Below are positions 1-9,330 of a stretch of DNA of 44,000 nt, piece after piece. The stretch's first letter is position 1; every line of letters starts with the position of its first letter. Origin of the DNA: Octopus bimaculoides. Taxonomy: Eukaryota. The translations under genes and the position numbers were made by a program. The notes below the pieces were generated by a model. That model was given only the letters and a program-made list of their open reading frames with translations, was not told where the DNA came from and made no database searches. Location: the NCBI RefSeq assembly GCF_001194135.2, contig NC_068983.1, positions 94,007,417 through 94,051,416 of the forward strand, given 5' to 3'.

Positions 1-33
<33 letters not shown>

Positions 34-40
34 TATATAT
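1..40. repeat. (TA)n microsatellite
   Basis: Seen directly; abuts the 3' tail of the SINE at 41. Confidence 0.95.
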
Positions 41-262
41 CTTCTTTTAATTGTTTCAGTCATTAGACTATGGCCATGCTGGGGTACCACCTTGAAGAAT
101 TTTTAGTCGAATGAATCAACCCCAGTACTTATTTGTTTTTTAAGTCTGGTACTTATTCTTTCGGTCTCTTTTGCCAAACTGCTAAGTTACAGTTACACAA
201 ACACACCACACTGGTTGTCAAGTAGGGTGGGGGCAGACACAGACACAAAGACATACACACAG
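41..262 (-). mobile_element. SINE family A, 3' half
   Basis: Reverse complement matches the 3' half of the full copies at 19078 and 41118 (CTTGACAAC, GGCAAAAGAGACCGA, CCAGCATGGCC, GACTGAAACAA..AAAAGA). Confidence 0.85.
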
Positions 263-264
263 AT

Positions 265-474
265 ATCATCATCATCATCATCATCATCATCATTTAACAT
301 CTGTTCTCCGTGCTGGCATGGGTTGGACAGTTTGATCAGGGCTGGCAAGTTGAGGGGCTGCAGCAGATATGGTATGGTCTCTACAGCCAGATGCTCTTCC
401 TAATGCCAACCACTCTGAGAGTGTAATGGGTGCTTTTACATGCCACCGGCATGGGTTCCAGTTGCACGACACCA

Positions 475-475
<1 letters not shown>
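265..475 (-). mobile_element. SINE family B, 3' part with (GAT)n tail
   Basis: Minus strand reads GGTTGGCATTAGGAAGAGCATC...CCAACCCATGCCAGCACGGAGAACAGATGTTAAATGATGATG. A homologous copy lies at 27265-27447. Confidence 0.75.

Positions 476-513
<38 letters not shown>
476..513. repeat. (TA)n microsatellite
   Basis: Seen directly. Confidence 0.95.
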
Positions 514-518
<5 letters not shown>

Positions 519-597
519 CAGTGTACATTTAAACACATCAGAGATGTCCATAATAGGACATCTAACCTGCTAGAAGGAGCAGTCAAAACTCCACATC

Positions 598-1516
598 NNN
601 NNNNNNNNNNNNNNNNNNNNNNNNNNNNNNNNNNNNNNNNNNNNNNNNNNNNNNNNNNNNNNNNNNNNNNNNNNNNNNNNNNNNNNNNNNNNNNNNNNNN
701 NNNNNNNNNNNNNNNNNNNNNNNNNNNNNNNNNNNNNNNNNNNNNNNNNNNNNNNNNNNNNNNNNNNNNNNNNNNNNNNNNNNNNNNNNNNNNNNNNNNN
801 NNNNNNNNNNNNNNNNNNNNNNNNNNNNNNNNNNNNNNNNNNNNNNNNNNNNNNNNNNNNNNNNNNNNNNNNNNNNNNNNNNNNNNNNNNNNNNNNNNNN
901 NNNNNNNNNNNNNNNNNNNNNNNNNNNNNNNNNNNNNNNNNNNNNNNNNNNNNNNNNNNNNNNNNNNNNNNNNNNNNNNNNNNNNNNNNNNNNNNNNNNN
1001 NNNNNNNNNNNNNNNNNNNNNNNNNNNNNNNNNNNNNNNNNNNNNNNNNNNNNNNNNNNNNNNNNNNNNNNNNNNNNNNNNNNNNNNNNNNNNNNNNNNN
1101 NNNNNNNNNNNNNNNNNNNNNNNNNNNNNNNNNNNNNNNNNNNNNNNNNNNNNNNNNNNNNNNNNNNNNNNNNNNNNNNNNNNNNNNNNNNNNNNNNNNN
1201 NNNNNNNNNNNNNNNNNNNNNNNNNNNNNNNNNNNNNNNNNNNNNNNNNNNNNNNNNNNNNNNNNNNNNNNNNNNNNNNNNNNNNNNNNNNNNNNNNNNN
1301 NNNNNNNNNNNNNNNNNNNNNNNNNNNNNNNNNNNNNNNNNNNNNNNNNNNNNNNNNNNNNNNNNNNNNNNNNNNNNNNNNNNNNNNNNNNNNNNNNNNN
1401 NNNNNNNNNNNNNNNNNNNNNNNNNNNNNNNNNNNNNNNNNNNNNNNNNNNNNNNNNNNNNNNNNNNNNNNNNNNNNNNNNNNNNNNNNNNNNNNNNNNN
1501 NNNNNNNNNNNNNNNN
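598..1516. other. assembly gap (N run)
   Basis: Ns; followed by (AG)n at 1517-1568. Confidence 1.

Positions 1517-1568
<52 letters not shown>
1517..1568. repeat. (AG)n microsatellite
   Basis: Seen directly. Confidence 0.95.
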
Positions 1569-1573
<5 letters not shown>

Positions 1574-2035
1574 ATTATAAGCAGAGAAAGGACAAGTTTC
1601 ACATATACCTCATGGTTTAATTATGTTCAACAGCTGTTTCATTAACATTAACATCATTAAATTCCATAATTATATAATTATGATGCATAATTAATCAAGT
1701 TAAATTCAATTAAATTAATTTAAAAGCGATGTTTATCTGAATAATTGGAAATATTATGTGTTCTGATAGTGAAAAACTATTATTGGTTCAAATACAGGAT
1801 GGAGAAAAAAATGGAGGTGGTAAGAATAAGAAGAAAACATGTGTTGCAGTTTTACAAAGTGTTATTAATTGAGCTCTTAATTTAATATAAATGTTTTTGA
1901 TGTTTATACATCAATTCTCTCTATATTAATTGATATATATATACATTGTCAGTAAATAATAAATCCGAAAAGCAAGCACACTCTAAGTTATAGAGTAGTA
2001 GAGTAATTAGATAAAGATTGTTATGGCCAGTCTAT

Positions 2036-2120
2036 GGGGTTACCCTGGGTTTCAGGTCCATAAAGCACTTAGCTTTATGGTCCATAAAGCACTTAGCTTT
2101 ATGGCGTTTCTTCAGACCGC
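2036..2120 (-). ncRNA. type I hammerhead ribozyme-like motif (HHR-1), Penelope-type
   Basis: Minus strand: GCGGT-CTGAAGA-aacg-CCATAAAGC taagt GCTTTATGG-(duplicated)-acct-GAAA-CCC A GG-GTA-ACC. Core motifs, a palindromic stem III and a 3-bp stem I (GGT/ACC) are present; the base of stem II is imperfect. Confidence 0.5.
2055..2104. repeat. 24-bp exact tandem duplication (GGTCCATAAAGCACTTAGCTTTAT x2)
   Basis: Seen directly; each unit carries a 9-bp hairpin that overlaps into the next GG. Confidence 0.95.
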
Positions 2121-2151
2121 AATGGCTGGTGGCTGATAACGTCTCTTCAAA

Positions 2152-2152
<1 letters not shown>

Positions 2153-2198
<46 letters not shown>

Positions 2199-2225
2199 AT
2201 TAACAGACATACATACATACATATA

Positions 2226-2292
<67 letters not shown>
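2153..2292. repeat. compound (TA)n/(TACA)n/(TG)n microsatellite
   Basis: Seen directly. Confidence 0.95.
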
Positions 2293-2294
<2 letters not shown>

Positions 2295-2440
2295 AATCAT
2301 CACTAGGGATACAAATCAGCACCAGCATTGCTAGAAATAAGAGTCAAAACAACTCTTAACCATAAACAGAGAATTTTCTGTTCAACAGAGCACATTCTAT
2401 TGACTGACAAGGGAGACAACCTCCCCACAGCAAGCGAGGG

Positions 2441-2491
2441 TGCCAGATTGGCCAGCCAATTTCAGATAGAATTAATCCTCATCAGTGATGC
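2441..2491 (-). ncRNA. type I hammerhead ribozyme-like motif (HHR-2)
   Basis: Minus strand: GCATCA-CTGATGA-GGAT taattct ATCT-GAAA-TTGGC tg GCCAA-TC-TGGCA. Full core, 4-bp stem II, 6-bp palindromic stem III, AUC cleavage triplet and 3-bp stem I. Confidence 0.65.
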
Positions 2492-2865
2492 TACTTTATT
2501 GCCTAGGATTAAGCTAACTTGACTTGTCAGTTTATAGAATATACCATAGGAATCAGTGGCTGATTCAGTAATATGATAAAGTGAAAATTATAAATTATTA
2601 AAGTGGCTAGATGCAATTTAAAACCAAAAGGCACAAATACAATTACAAAGATAGTAACACAAATACAAAGATAGTAACACTAGCTTCACATTATATTGGG
2701 AGATCCTCACTACGGTACCTTTGTATAAAGGAAAAAATAGAAAACGTCATCTTTGCATAAATGAGATTTTTTAAATTCTAACTACATGAATTCCGTTAGT
2801 GAACCTGAGAGTTGAGCGTAGTGTAGCTTGCTTGCATAAAGTTAGGTCCACTTTCAATAGTTACA

Positions 2866-3805
2866 AATAACACTAGAAATACTCATACTAGTCCATATTA
2901 GTACTTATAACCCATAGCTATTAAATAGTAGCCCCTGTTAAGTTTTTTGCAGGTTATACATCTTACCCCTTTATTATTTTTGTCTTGCTTAGAAGCATTG
3001 TGTCTCATGTAAGCAGTTTAATTACAAACCCCCTTCCCCTTTTACTAAGTCTTATTTGTTACCCCTCCCCCATCCTTAACTATTTCCTACTTCTTATAAT
3101 TATTAACTTAAGATGCTTTTACACTTCCCCATATCACTATATATAATTCCACAGCATACATATAGGAGCTCCTTATAGTTTAATGGAGGTTTTACACCTT
3201 ACTCCATTTTAGGTCATCTAACTGAATAACCGATAACCTCCTAAGTTAGTCATTTATCTAATCCCTTTCTCTTCCCTATGTTTTTAAATGTAACCCCACC
3301 ACCTCTACTTATTACCTATCTCTACTTTCGATAGATATTAATAACACTAGGAACACTCATACTACTCCATAATAGTACTTATAACCCACAGTTTATAATT
3401 AGTAGCACATGTTAGTTTAACACAGGGTCTACATCTTTCCCTTTTATTTTTGTCATACTTAGAAGTATTGAATCTCATGTAGACAGTTTATTTACAACCC
3501 CACTTCTACCCCTTTTCCTAAGCCTTATATGTTACTCCCCACATTTAACTCTCTCCTTCTCTTATAATTATAAACTTTAGATATATTTAACTACCCTTTA
3601 TTAGTTTTTATAATTCCACAGCATATTAATAAGAGGAGCCCCTTTTAGTATAATGGGTTTTTTTTTTACATCTTACTCCTTTTACAGGTCATACTGTTAG
3701 GTATAACCAAGGCTCTCCTAGTTAATCTAATACCTAACCCCTCCCCTTACCCACCTTCTAAGTTTTTAAATGTAACCCACTACCTATATCTATTGCCTAT
3801 CTCAT
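2866..3805. repeat. diverged tandem duplication, 2 x ~474 bp
   Basis: Units start AATAACACTAG at 2866 and 3340 and share colinear blocks (TAGTACTTATAACCCA, TATAATTCCACAGCATA, GTTTTTAAATGTAACCC). Confidence 0.9.
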
Positions 3806-3871
3806 TCACCAATTAACATTCCCCCCACCTTACTAACATATTCCCCCCTTGTATTTTGCCTTTTATTATTG

Positions 3872-3942
3872 GAAATATAGAGACACTAATGTGTACAATC
3901 GATGTGTAGCATTGATTGTACACATTAGTGTCTCTATATTTC
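3872..3942. repeat. perfect 29-bp inverted repeat with 13-nt spacer (71-nt hairpin)
   Basis: 3872-3900 GAAATATAGAGACACTAATGTGTACAATC is the exact reverse complement of 3914-3942. Confidence 0.97.
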
Positions 3943-4375
3943 ATTTCTTTGGTTTATAATAACAGAAATTATTTACTTTTATGTTTATATAATGCTTTTG
4001 TAGGCTTGGTAGCATTTTAACATGTCACTTGTCCTTAGATATTATCCACCTAACAATCAGTACCATTTTATTGTTGCCCTGTAGAGAACCTATTTAATAT
4101 ACTCTTATCACACCCGGTACTTACTTAATTTTTACTACAATTCACTATATACATTGTTTAGCCATGTTTTTTTCCTTGTTTTCATTGAACTGTTGGCCTA
4201 TCACGACTTATTGCCTCCCATTAATCACTTAATTGTTGGTCTCTATGTTCCCTTCTCATATGTTATACCGTTAAGAGACTGATGGGCATAAACTGCCCTT
4301 AAATTCTACTCATTGTCTTATCTTCCTTACCATTTTTCCTTCCTTTCTTTTTCTTGTTTATCCATAAACAAACCT

Positions 4376-4874
4376 GGTAATCTTCAAGTTTAGGGAGGTA
4401 AAAAAGTAAATAAAAATATACAAGGGAAATAACTTAACGTCTCACTAGTATTATCCGTGATTGAAGTTAACTGTTTTATATATAAATCACACACGTGATT
4501 GAATATCATAGTACCGGCTGAGAGATCGAAAATGCCTCGTGGAAGACCGGCTGCACAACTTATTGTTCCTCAAAATGAAATCCTCACTCGTCAATTGATT
4601 TTACAAGAATAATGGAATATTAGTGAATTATGCAGTAGTTCAAGACACAAAATGTTGAAATGGTATGTGCGCCGTTGGCTTATTAGGAATAAGTTTACCT
4701 GCGAGGATTGTTTAGTGCCATGCGAACTTGTTAAAAAAAAAACACGTGTGATTTATTTATAATCAGCTAAAAAAAAAACATTTGAGAGTAGTACGGATAA
4801 TACTAGTAAGACGTTAAGTTATTTCCCTTGTATTTTTATTTACTTTTTTTACCACCCTAAACTTGAAGATTACT
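4376..4874 (+). mobile_element. non-autonomous DNA transposon with long TIRs, Merlin/ISXO2-like transposase N-terminus
   Basis: About 81-bp TIRs at 4377-4458 and 4793-4873; left end begins GGTAA. Internal frame from ATG 4532 reads MPRGRPAAQLIVPQNEILTRQLILQE*WNISELC...LKWYVRRWLIRNKFTCEDCLVPCELVK (CxxC zinc-ribbon-like). No TSD visible. TIR element is certain; the superfamily is inferred. Confidence 0.65.
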
Positions 4875-5304
4875 AATAATTATTTGTCTAAACCATATTT
4901 TCTTACCTCTTCCTTCTCCCTTTTGTTTATATTGTATGCTCTTGTTTTTCACTCGGAAGAAGATCAGTTACCTTAATTCAAATGCCCAATGAAGATGAAT
5001 TTTATTCTTGCATTTAGGTATAGACTGCATTCTAGGAATTTTGATCAGAAATAGCTGTTAGCTTTATGTCTTGCTTTGTATCAATAGACAAGCTTTAAAT
5101 GTGGTCCTATCGATGTATTGGTTAATCTATGTTTTTCTCCATTTTCTAATTATTTGCATTGGTTCCTGATTTGTTTATCCTATTGTCTCTTGTGCTCAAC
5201 ATATATGGTGTCCCTGCACACCATTGCCCGGGGATAACACAGGTAACGGATACTGATAGTACATACGGATATTTTATCCCTTAGTCAGTTACTACAACTG
5301 CTAA

Positions 5305-5355
<51 letters not shown>

Positions 5356-5573
5356 CTGTTGGAGTTTTATTTTAGAATTAGCACTTTAACTGCTATTTCT
5401 AAATTTCGGTATGTAGTGAAGCAACTGTTGCTGATCCCTTAATTATGTTTATAAATTTAAAAGAACTTTTTAAATAAGTTCTTTACCGATAATGGTTTTT
5501 ACATACCAAACTACTTGGTAAAAATTATTAATTATTAATTTATTAATAAATCAATAATCCTTTACCCTATATT

Positions 5574-5599
<26 letters not shown>

Positions 5600-5606
<7 letters not shown>

Positions 5607-5900
5607 TTAATCCTTTCACACTCTTGAAAAATTATTGTCCAAGCATACTGATCTTGTGCTATTTCTTATAAGTTATACCAACATTCTTGACTCCTCTCCC
5701 ATTGCTCTTACCCATGTTCCTCACAGACTCCTCTTCCTAGTCTGTTATCTGTCCTGCCAAATGAGGTTTTAATCTCAGCTATAGATAAACGTCAACTATC
5801 TCCATCACAAAAGTCCTCTAACATTAATTTATGTTACAATAATAATCATCTCTCTCATTCTCTTATTGGTCTTGCCACATGATTCCTAATGTTCTACATA
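5600..5900 (-). mobile_element. highly decayed RTE-like LINE 3' remnant
   Basis: Minus frame TWVRAMGEESRMLV*L*EIAQDQYAW resembles the RTE C-terminal TW...E...AQDR..W motif. Confidence 0.45.
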
Positions 5901-6090
5901 TGTGTTTATGTTCAAGAGACTAGAAATTAACATTAAATATACTGTTACTATGCTAAGATCACACAGTTTGTAAAGTAATATTAATTTTACCTAGGATATA
6001 TAAATTACTACTTGACTTTCTCAGTGTATGAATCTCTACAGTCTGGTGGTTAATATGGAAACTAAGTGTAAATGAATGACTTCTAAGCTG

Positions 6091-6237
6091 TATTCTTTTA
6101 TTTGTTTCAGTAATGTGACTGTGGGTATGCTGGAGCACTGCTTTAAAGGGCTTTTTAGTTGAACAAATCAACCCCAGAACTTATCCGGTTGTGAAGTGAT
6201 GGGGGGGGGACACAGACACAAAGATATACACACATAA

Positions 6238-6321
<84 letters not shown>

Positions 6322-6485
6322 GCACACACAACGGGCCTCTCTCAGTTTCCGTCTACCAAATCCATTCACATTGCTTTGGTCAGCCCAAGGGTATAGTAAA
6401 GACAGTTGCCCATGGTACCACACAGTGGGAGTGATCCTGGAACCATGTGGTTGCAAAGCAAGCTTCTTATTACACAGCCATGCCT
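6091..6485 (-). mobile_element. SINE family A, near full length, internal (CA)n(TA)n
   Basis: tRNA-like head (TGGCTGTGTAATAAG...GGTTCCAGGATCACTCCCACTG), body and tail colinear with the 41118 copy. Confidence 0.9.
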
Positions 6486-6810
6486 AAGGTGAGGGTTAGT
6501 CATGATTTCAACATAGAATTCAGTATGCTGATAGGTGTCCCTTAAAGCTCAGTTCTCAGCCCCAACTTGTTTATTTTCCACATGATGGCAGAGGAGTTTA
6601 AGACCACCTGCCCATGGAAGCTTATATATGCCAATAACCTAGTTTTTATAAGCATGTCTGCCAAATAAAGAATAAATATCAAACATAGAAACAAAGTCTG
6701 GAATTAAAAGACCTTGAATAAACTCAACAAAGAGTTTACTGTTTGCAAAAATGAAAGTGGGACTCTCAGGGAGATGACTTTGCTTAGTATGCAGAACATG
6801 AGCGACAAAC
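6486..6810 (+). mobile_element. RTE-clade LINE, reverse-transcriptase fragment (decayed)
   Basis: IGVP*SSVLSPNLFI..AEEFKTTCPWKLIYANNLV matches the RTE motifs VGVHQGSVLSP and WELLYADDL; then SGR*LCLVCR matches SGRWPCSICR. Confidence 0.85.
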
Positions 6811-6832
6811 ATTGGGTGTGGAAGAGATGTAG

Positions 6833-7022
6833 GTGGGGCGCCACCTTGAAGGGTTTTAGTTGAACAAATCAACTTGAGGACTTTCTTTTTATGAAGCCTA
6901 GTACTTATTCTATTGGGCTCTTTTGCCAAACTGCTAAATTACAGGGACATAAACATACCAACACCAGTTGTCAAGTGCTGGTGATGGAACAAACACAGAC
7001 ACAAAGACACACACACACACAC
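6833..7022 (-). mobile_element. SINE family A, 3' fragment
   Basis: Matches the A-family 3' body (CCACCTTGAAG, CTAGTACTTATTCTAT, CTTTTGCCAAACTGCTAA, GTTGTCAAG). Confidence 0.85.
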
Positions 7023-7039
7023 ATATATATAGAAATATT

Positions 7040-7505
7040 ATAATGTTAGGGAATTACAAAATCCAAACTTACAAGGATATACAATTTAATATCAACTTGA
7101 ATTATATAATGAAAAATATATTAATAATTTAGAGAAGAACCACCACGGTGCAACTCAAATGATGAAGGAGATCAGATACCATCAAGAAAAGCATACTATA
7201 CAAAATACTAATTTAAAAATCTAAAAAATCCAAGAGAAAATTTGTGATCCATAAAATTTATAAAATATTAGACTAAAAATTTTAATCAGTTTAGTAAATT
7301 TATGAAAACGAAAGTGAATGAAAGACTACGCCTGTTTCATGGCCACATAAAATTGGAAAATATCTGGTCAATCTACAATGAATCGATCAAGATAAATGCC
7401 ACTCATAATGAGGACACTCTTCAGGTCATGTAACTTCAAAAAACATATCCTAATATTTAAAAATGCGATAAAATAAGTCTTCCAACCAGAGTAAAAACAG
7501 GCAGA
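7040..7505 (-). mobile_element. probable Penelope-like element remnant inserted in the RTE
   Basis: Interrupts colinear RTE sequence, abuts (TA)n and contains a hammerhead-like core. No coding match was identified. Confidence 0.45.
7324..7427 (-). ncRNA. type I hammerhead ribozyme-like motif (HHR-3), large loop II
   Basis: Minus strand: GAC-CTGAAGA-GTGTCC...GGCCAT-GAAA-C AGGC GTA-GTC. Stem I GAC/GTC, stem II 5 of 6 pairs, 2-bp stem III, GUA triplet. Confidence 0.5.
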
Positions 7506-7509
7506 AACA

Positions 7510-8095
7510 TTTCAAGAAGCTATTTTTTCAGCTGGCAATGAAAGTTTTCTGTCCATATGAAGGTAAGACAGTATTAATGCTTTTGTACAAGGTGTGCTGT
7601 GGTGAAGTATTGAAACATAGACAAAAAAATAAATTGAAGGATTTGCAAAGGCTGGAAAGATATGAAGCATGCATTCTCTACTGAATGTGCAATGTTAGTG
7701 TGCATTGAAGGCAGAGCACAAATGAGCCTTAGTGGTGGTGGCAGTGGTGAACTAGATACAAAAGGAATTGTTTGTAGGTGCTTGATAGAAAACTAAGCAA
7801 GGATAGACAAGTTGGGTGAAGAGGTACCAAGTGATGCAACTGGAAGGATCATGCAGAGGAAGAAGAAAGAAGACATGCAAAGAAGTTATGAAAGCTGGTG
7901 TGAAGAGCTTGAAATTTATGAAGCTGACAAAATACTGCAACAGAGAGATATTGTGCTAGAGGAGAACCCTTCCCCCAGCCCATGCAGATATGCAAAAGCA
8001 AATGTGAAAACGATGGTGGTGGTGGTGTTTTGGCAGTGGTGGCGGTTTTGGTAGTGGTTGTGGTAGTGGTGATAGTGGTAGAGTGATGCAGTTTT
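7510..8095 (+). mobile_element. RTE-clade LINE C-terminus, 3' UTR and degenerate (GGT)n tail
   Basis: KDLQRLERYEACILY*MCNVSVH and VKRYQVMQLEGSCRGRRKKTCKEVMK match RTE C-terminal motifs. Ends CCAGCCCATGCAG...ATGTGAAAACGATGGTGG. Confidence 0.8.
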
Positions 8096-8454
8096 CTTTG
8101 AACCACTACAGCAGAAAATGTCTAATGTCAGTAAAATCAGTGTTTTAGTTGACTAACTTTAAGCTATTTCATTGATTTAAGACAGGAAGGAACTTGATAG
8201 TGAGTTATTTTGCTTGCTGTATTTTGTTGTTATCCAATTAGAGTTGCTAATTTAATAGCCTTTTGCATCATTAAAATGTTGCAGTCACTGAAGAGCAACA
8301 GACTAGACTAGTTGCCCTGCTTTTAAGAGCTTACTCTTGGGGCATTTGCTTTCTTTCATTTTAGATTCCTTCTCCATAAATTTATTTTGAGTAAATTTAT
8401 TTACAATAAATATTGTTCAGTTAATTTCCTGTGAAATTAAAATTGGAAACAGCA

Positions 8455-8489
<35 letters not shown>

Positions 8490-9200
8490 CGCTCTCTCTG
8501 GGGAATCTTTTTACTAGCACATATATTTTCCTATCCTTCACTCTCTTAATGTATATGTGTGTGTGTATACATAGAGGTAGAGAGTGAGAGAAGGTAATGA
8601 TTTTGAACACAAATATCAACAATATTGTTGATAACCTGTTTTTATATATATTTTTATATAAATATTTTCTTATAATTTTATCTTCATATATAAAATGAAA
8701 TTTTATATATATTTCATATCTATTTCATACATATTGATCATCTCTAAGTCTATCCAAAAGAGATGAATATATTTTGCTGATGAAATTTAACAAGATAGAA
8801 ACATGTCTGTGGTTTCATTTGCTGGCTTTCAAGACAAGTTTCACTTCTAACTGCATTGTCTATATTTCACAAAAATTTGGTTCAGCTGATATTATTGGAT
8901 TTAACTCTCTAACTCATTGCTTCTAGATTTTAAACTCCCCGAGAGAGAGTTGTTGCCTTTTCATTGAAAGGATTGTCTCAGTTGATTGAAGTTTTTCAAT
9001 TCACTATTTTATATGTGCGACACACTACCATGTATGTATATGTGTGTTTTTATGTGAGTGAATGCATATGTGTGTGTGTGTGTGTGTAAATGTGTCTTAG
9101 CTTGCCCTTGCTGCATTTACTAATATGTGCATGTACAAATGCATATATTTGTATATGAGTCCTGTGTAGGTTAGTGGGTATCTGTTTGTTATTAATAGAT

Positions 9201-9293
9201 ACAGGTGTGGCTGTGTGTTTAAGAAGCTTGCCTCCCAATCACATGGTTTTGAGTTCAGCTCCATAGCATGGCACCTGAGGCATGTCTCCTCTA
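9201..9293 (+). mobile_element. SINE family A, head only
   Basis: ACAGGTGTGGCTGTGTGTTTAAGAAGCTTGC...GAGTTCAG...TGGCACCTGAGG. Confidence 0.7.
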
Positions 9294-9330
9294 CAAGGTT
9301 AACCAAAGTCTTGAGACTTATATTAATATA

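Noticed and set aside
369-1602. Long ORFs in the ORF track (403 aa, 339 aa)
   Set aside because: They are made of N-gap and (TA)n/(AG)n translation. The same applies to the ORFs over 31169-31700 and 38179-38370 and to all YIYI/CVCV/HTHT ORFs.
2866-3805. Mitochondrial insertion (NUMT) suggested by G-poor skew
   Set aside because: No mitochondrial tRNA, rRNA or protein motif is recognisable.
7812-8054. 80-aa acidic ORF MGEEVPSD...
   Set aside because: It is an off-frame reading of the RTE C-terminus; the neighbouring frame carries the RTE motifs.
8288-8315. CTGAAGA followed by a perfect GCAAC/GTTGC stem (hammerhead 5' half)
   Set aside because: No GAAA follows the stem and there is no stem III or cleavage triplet.
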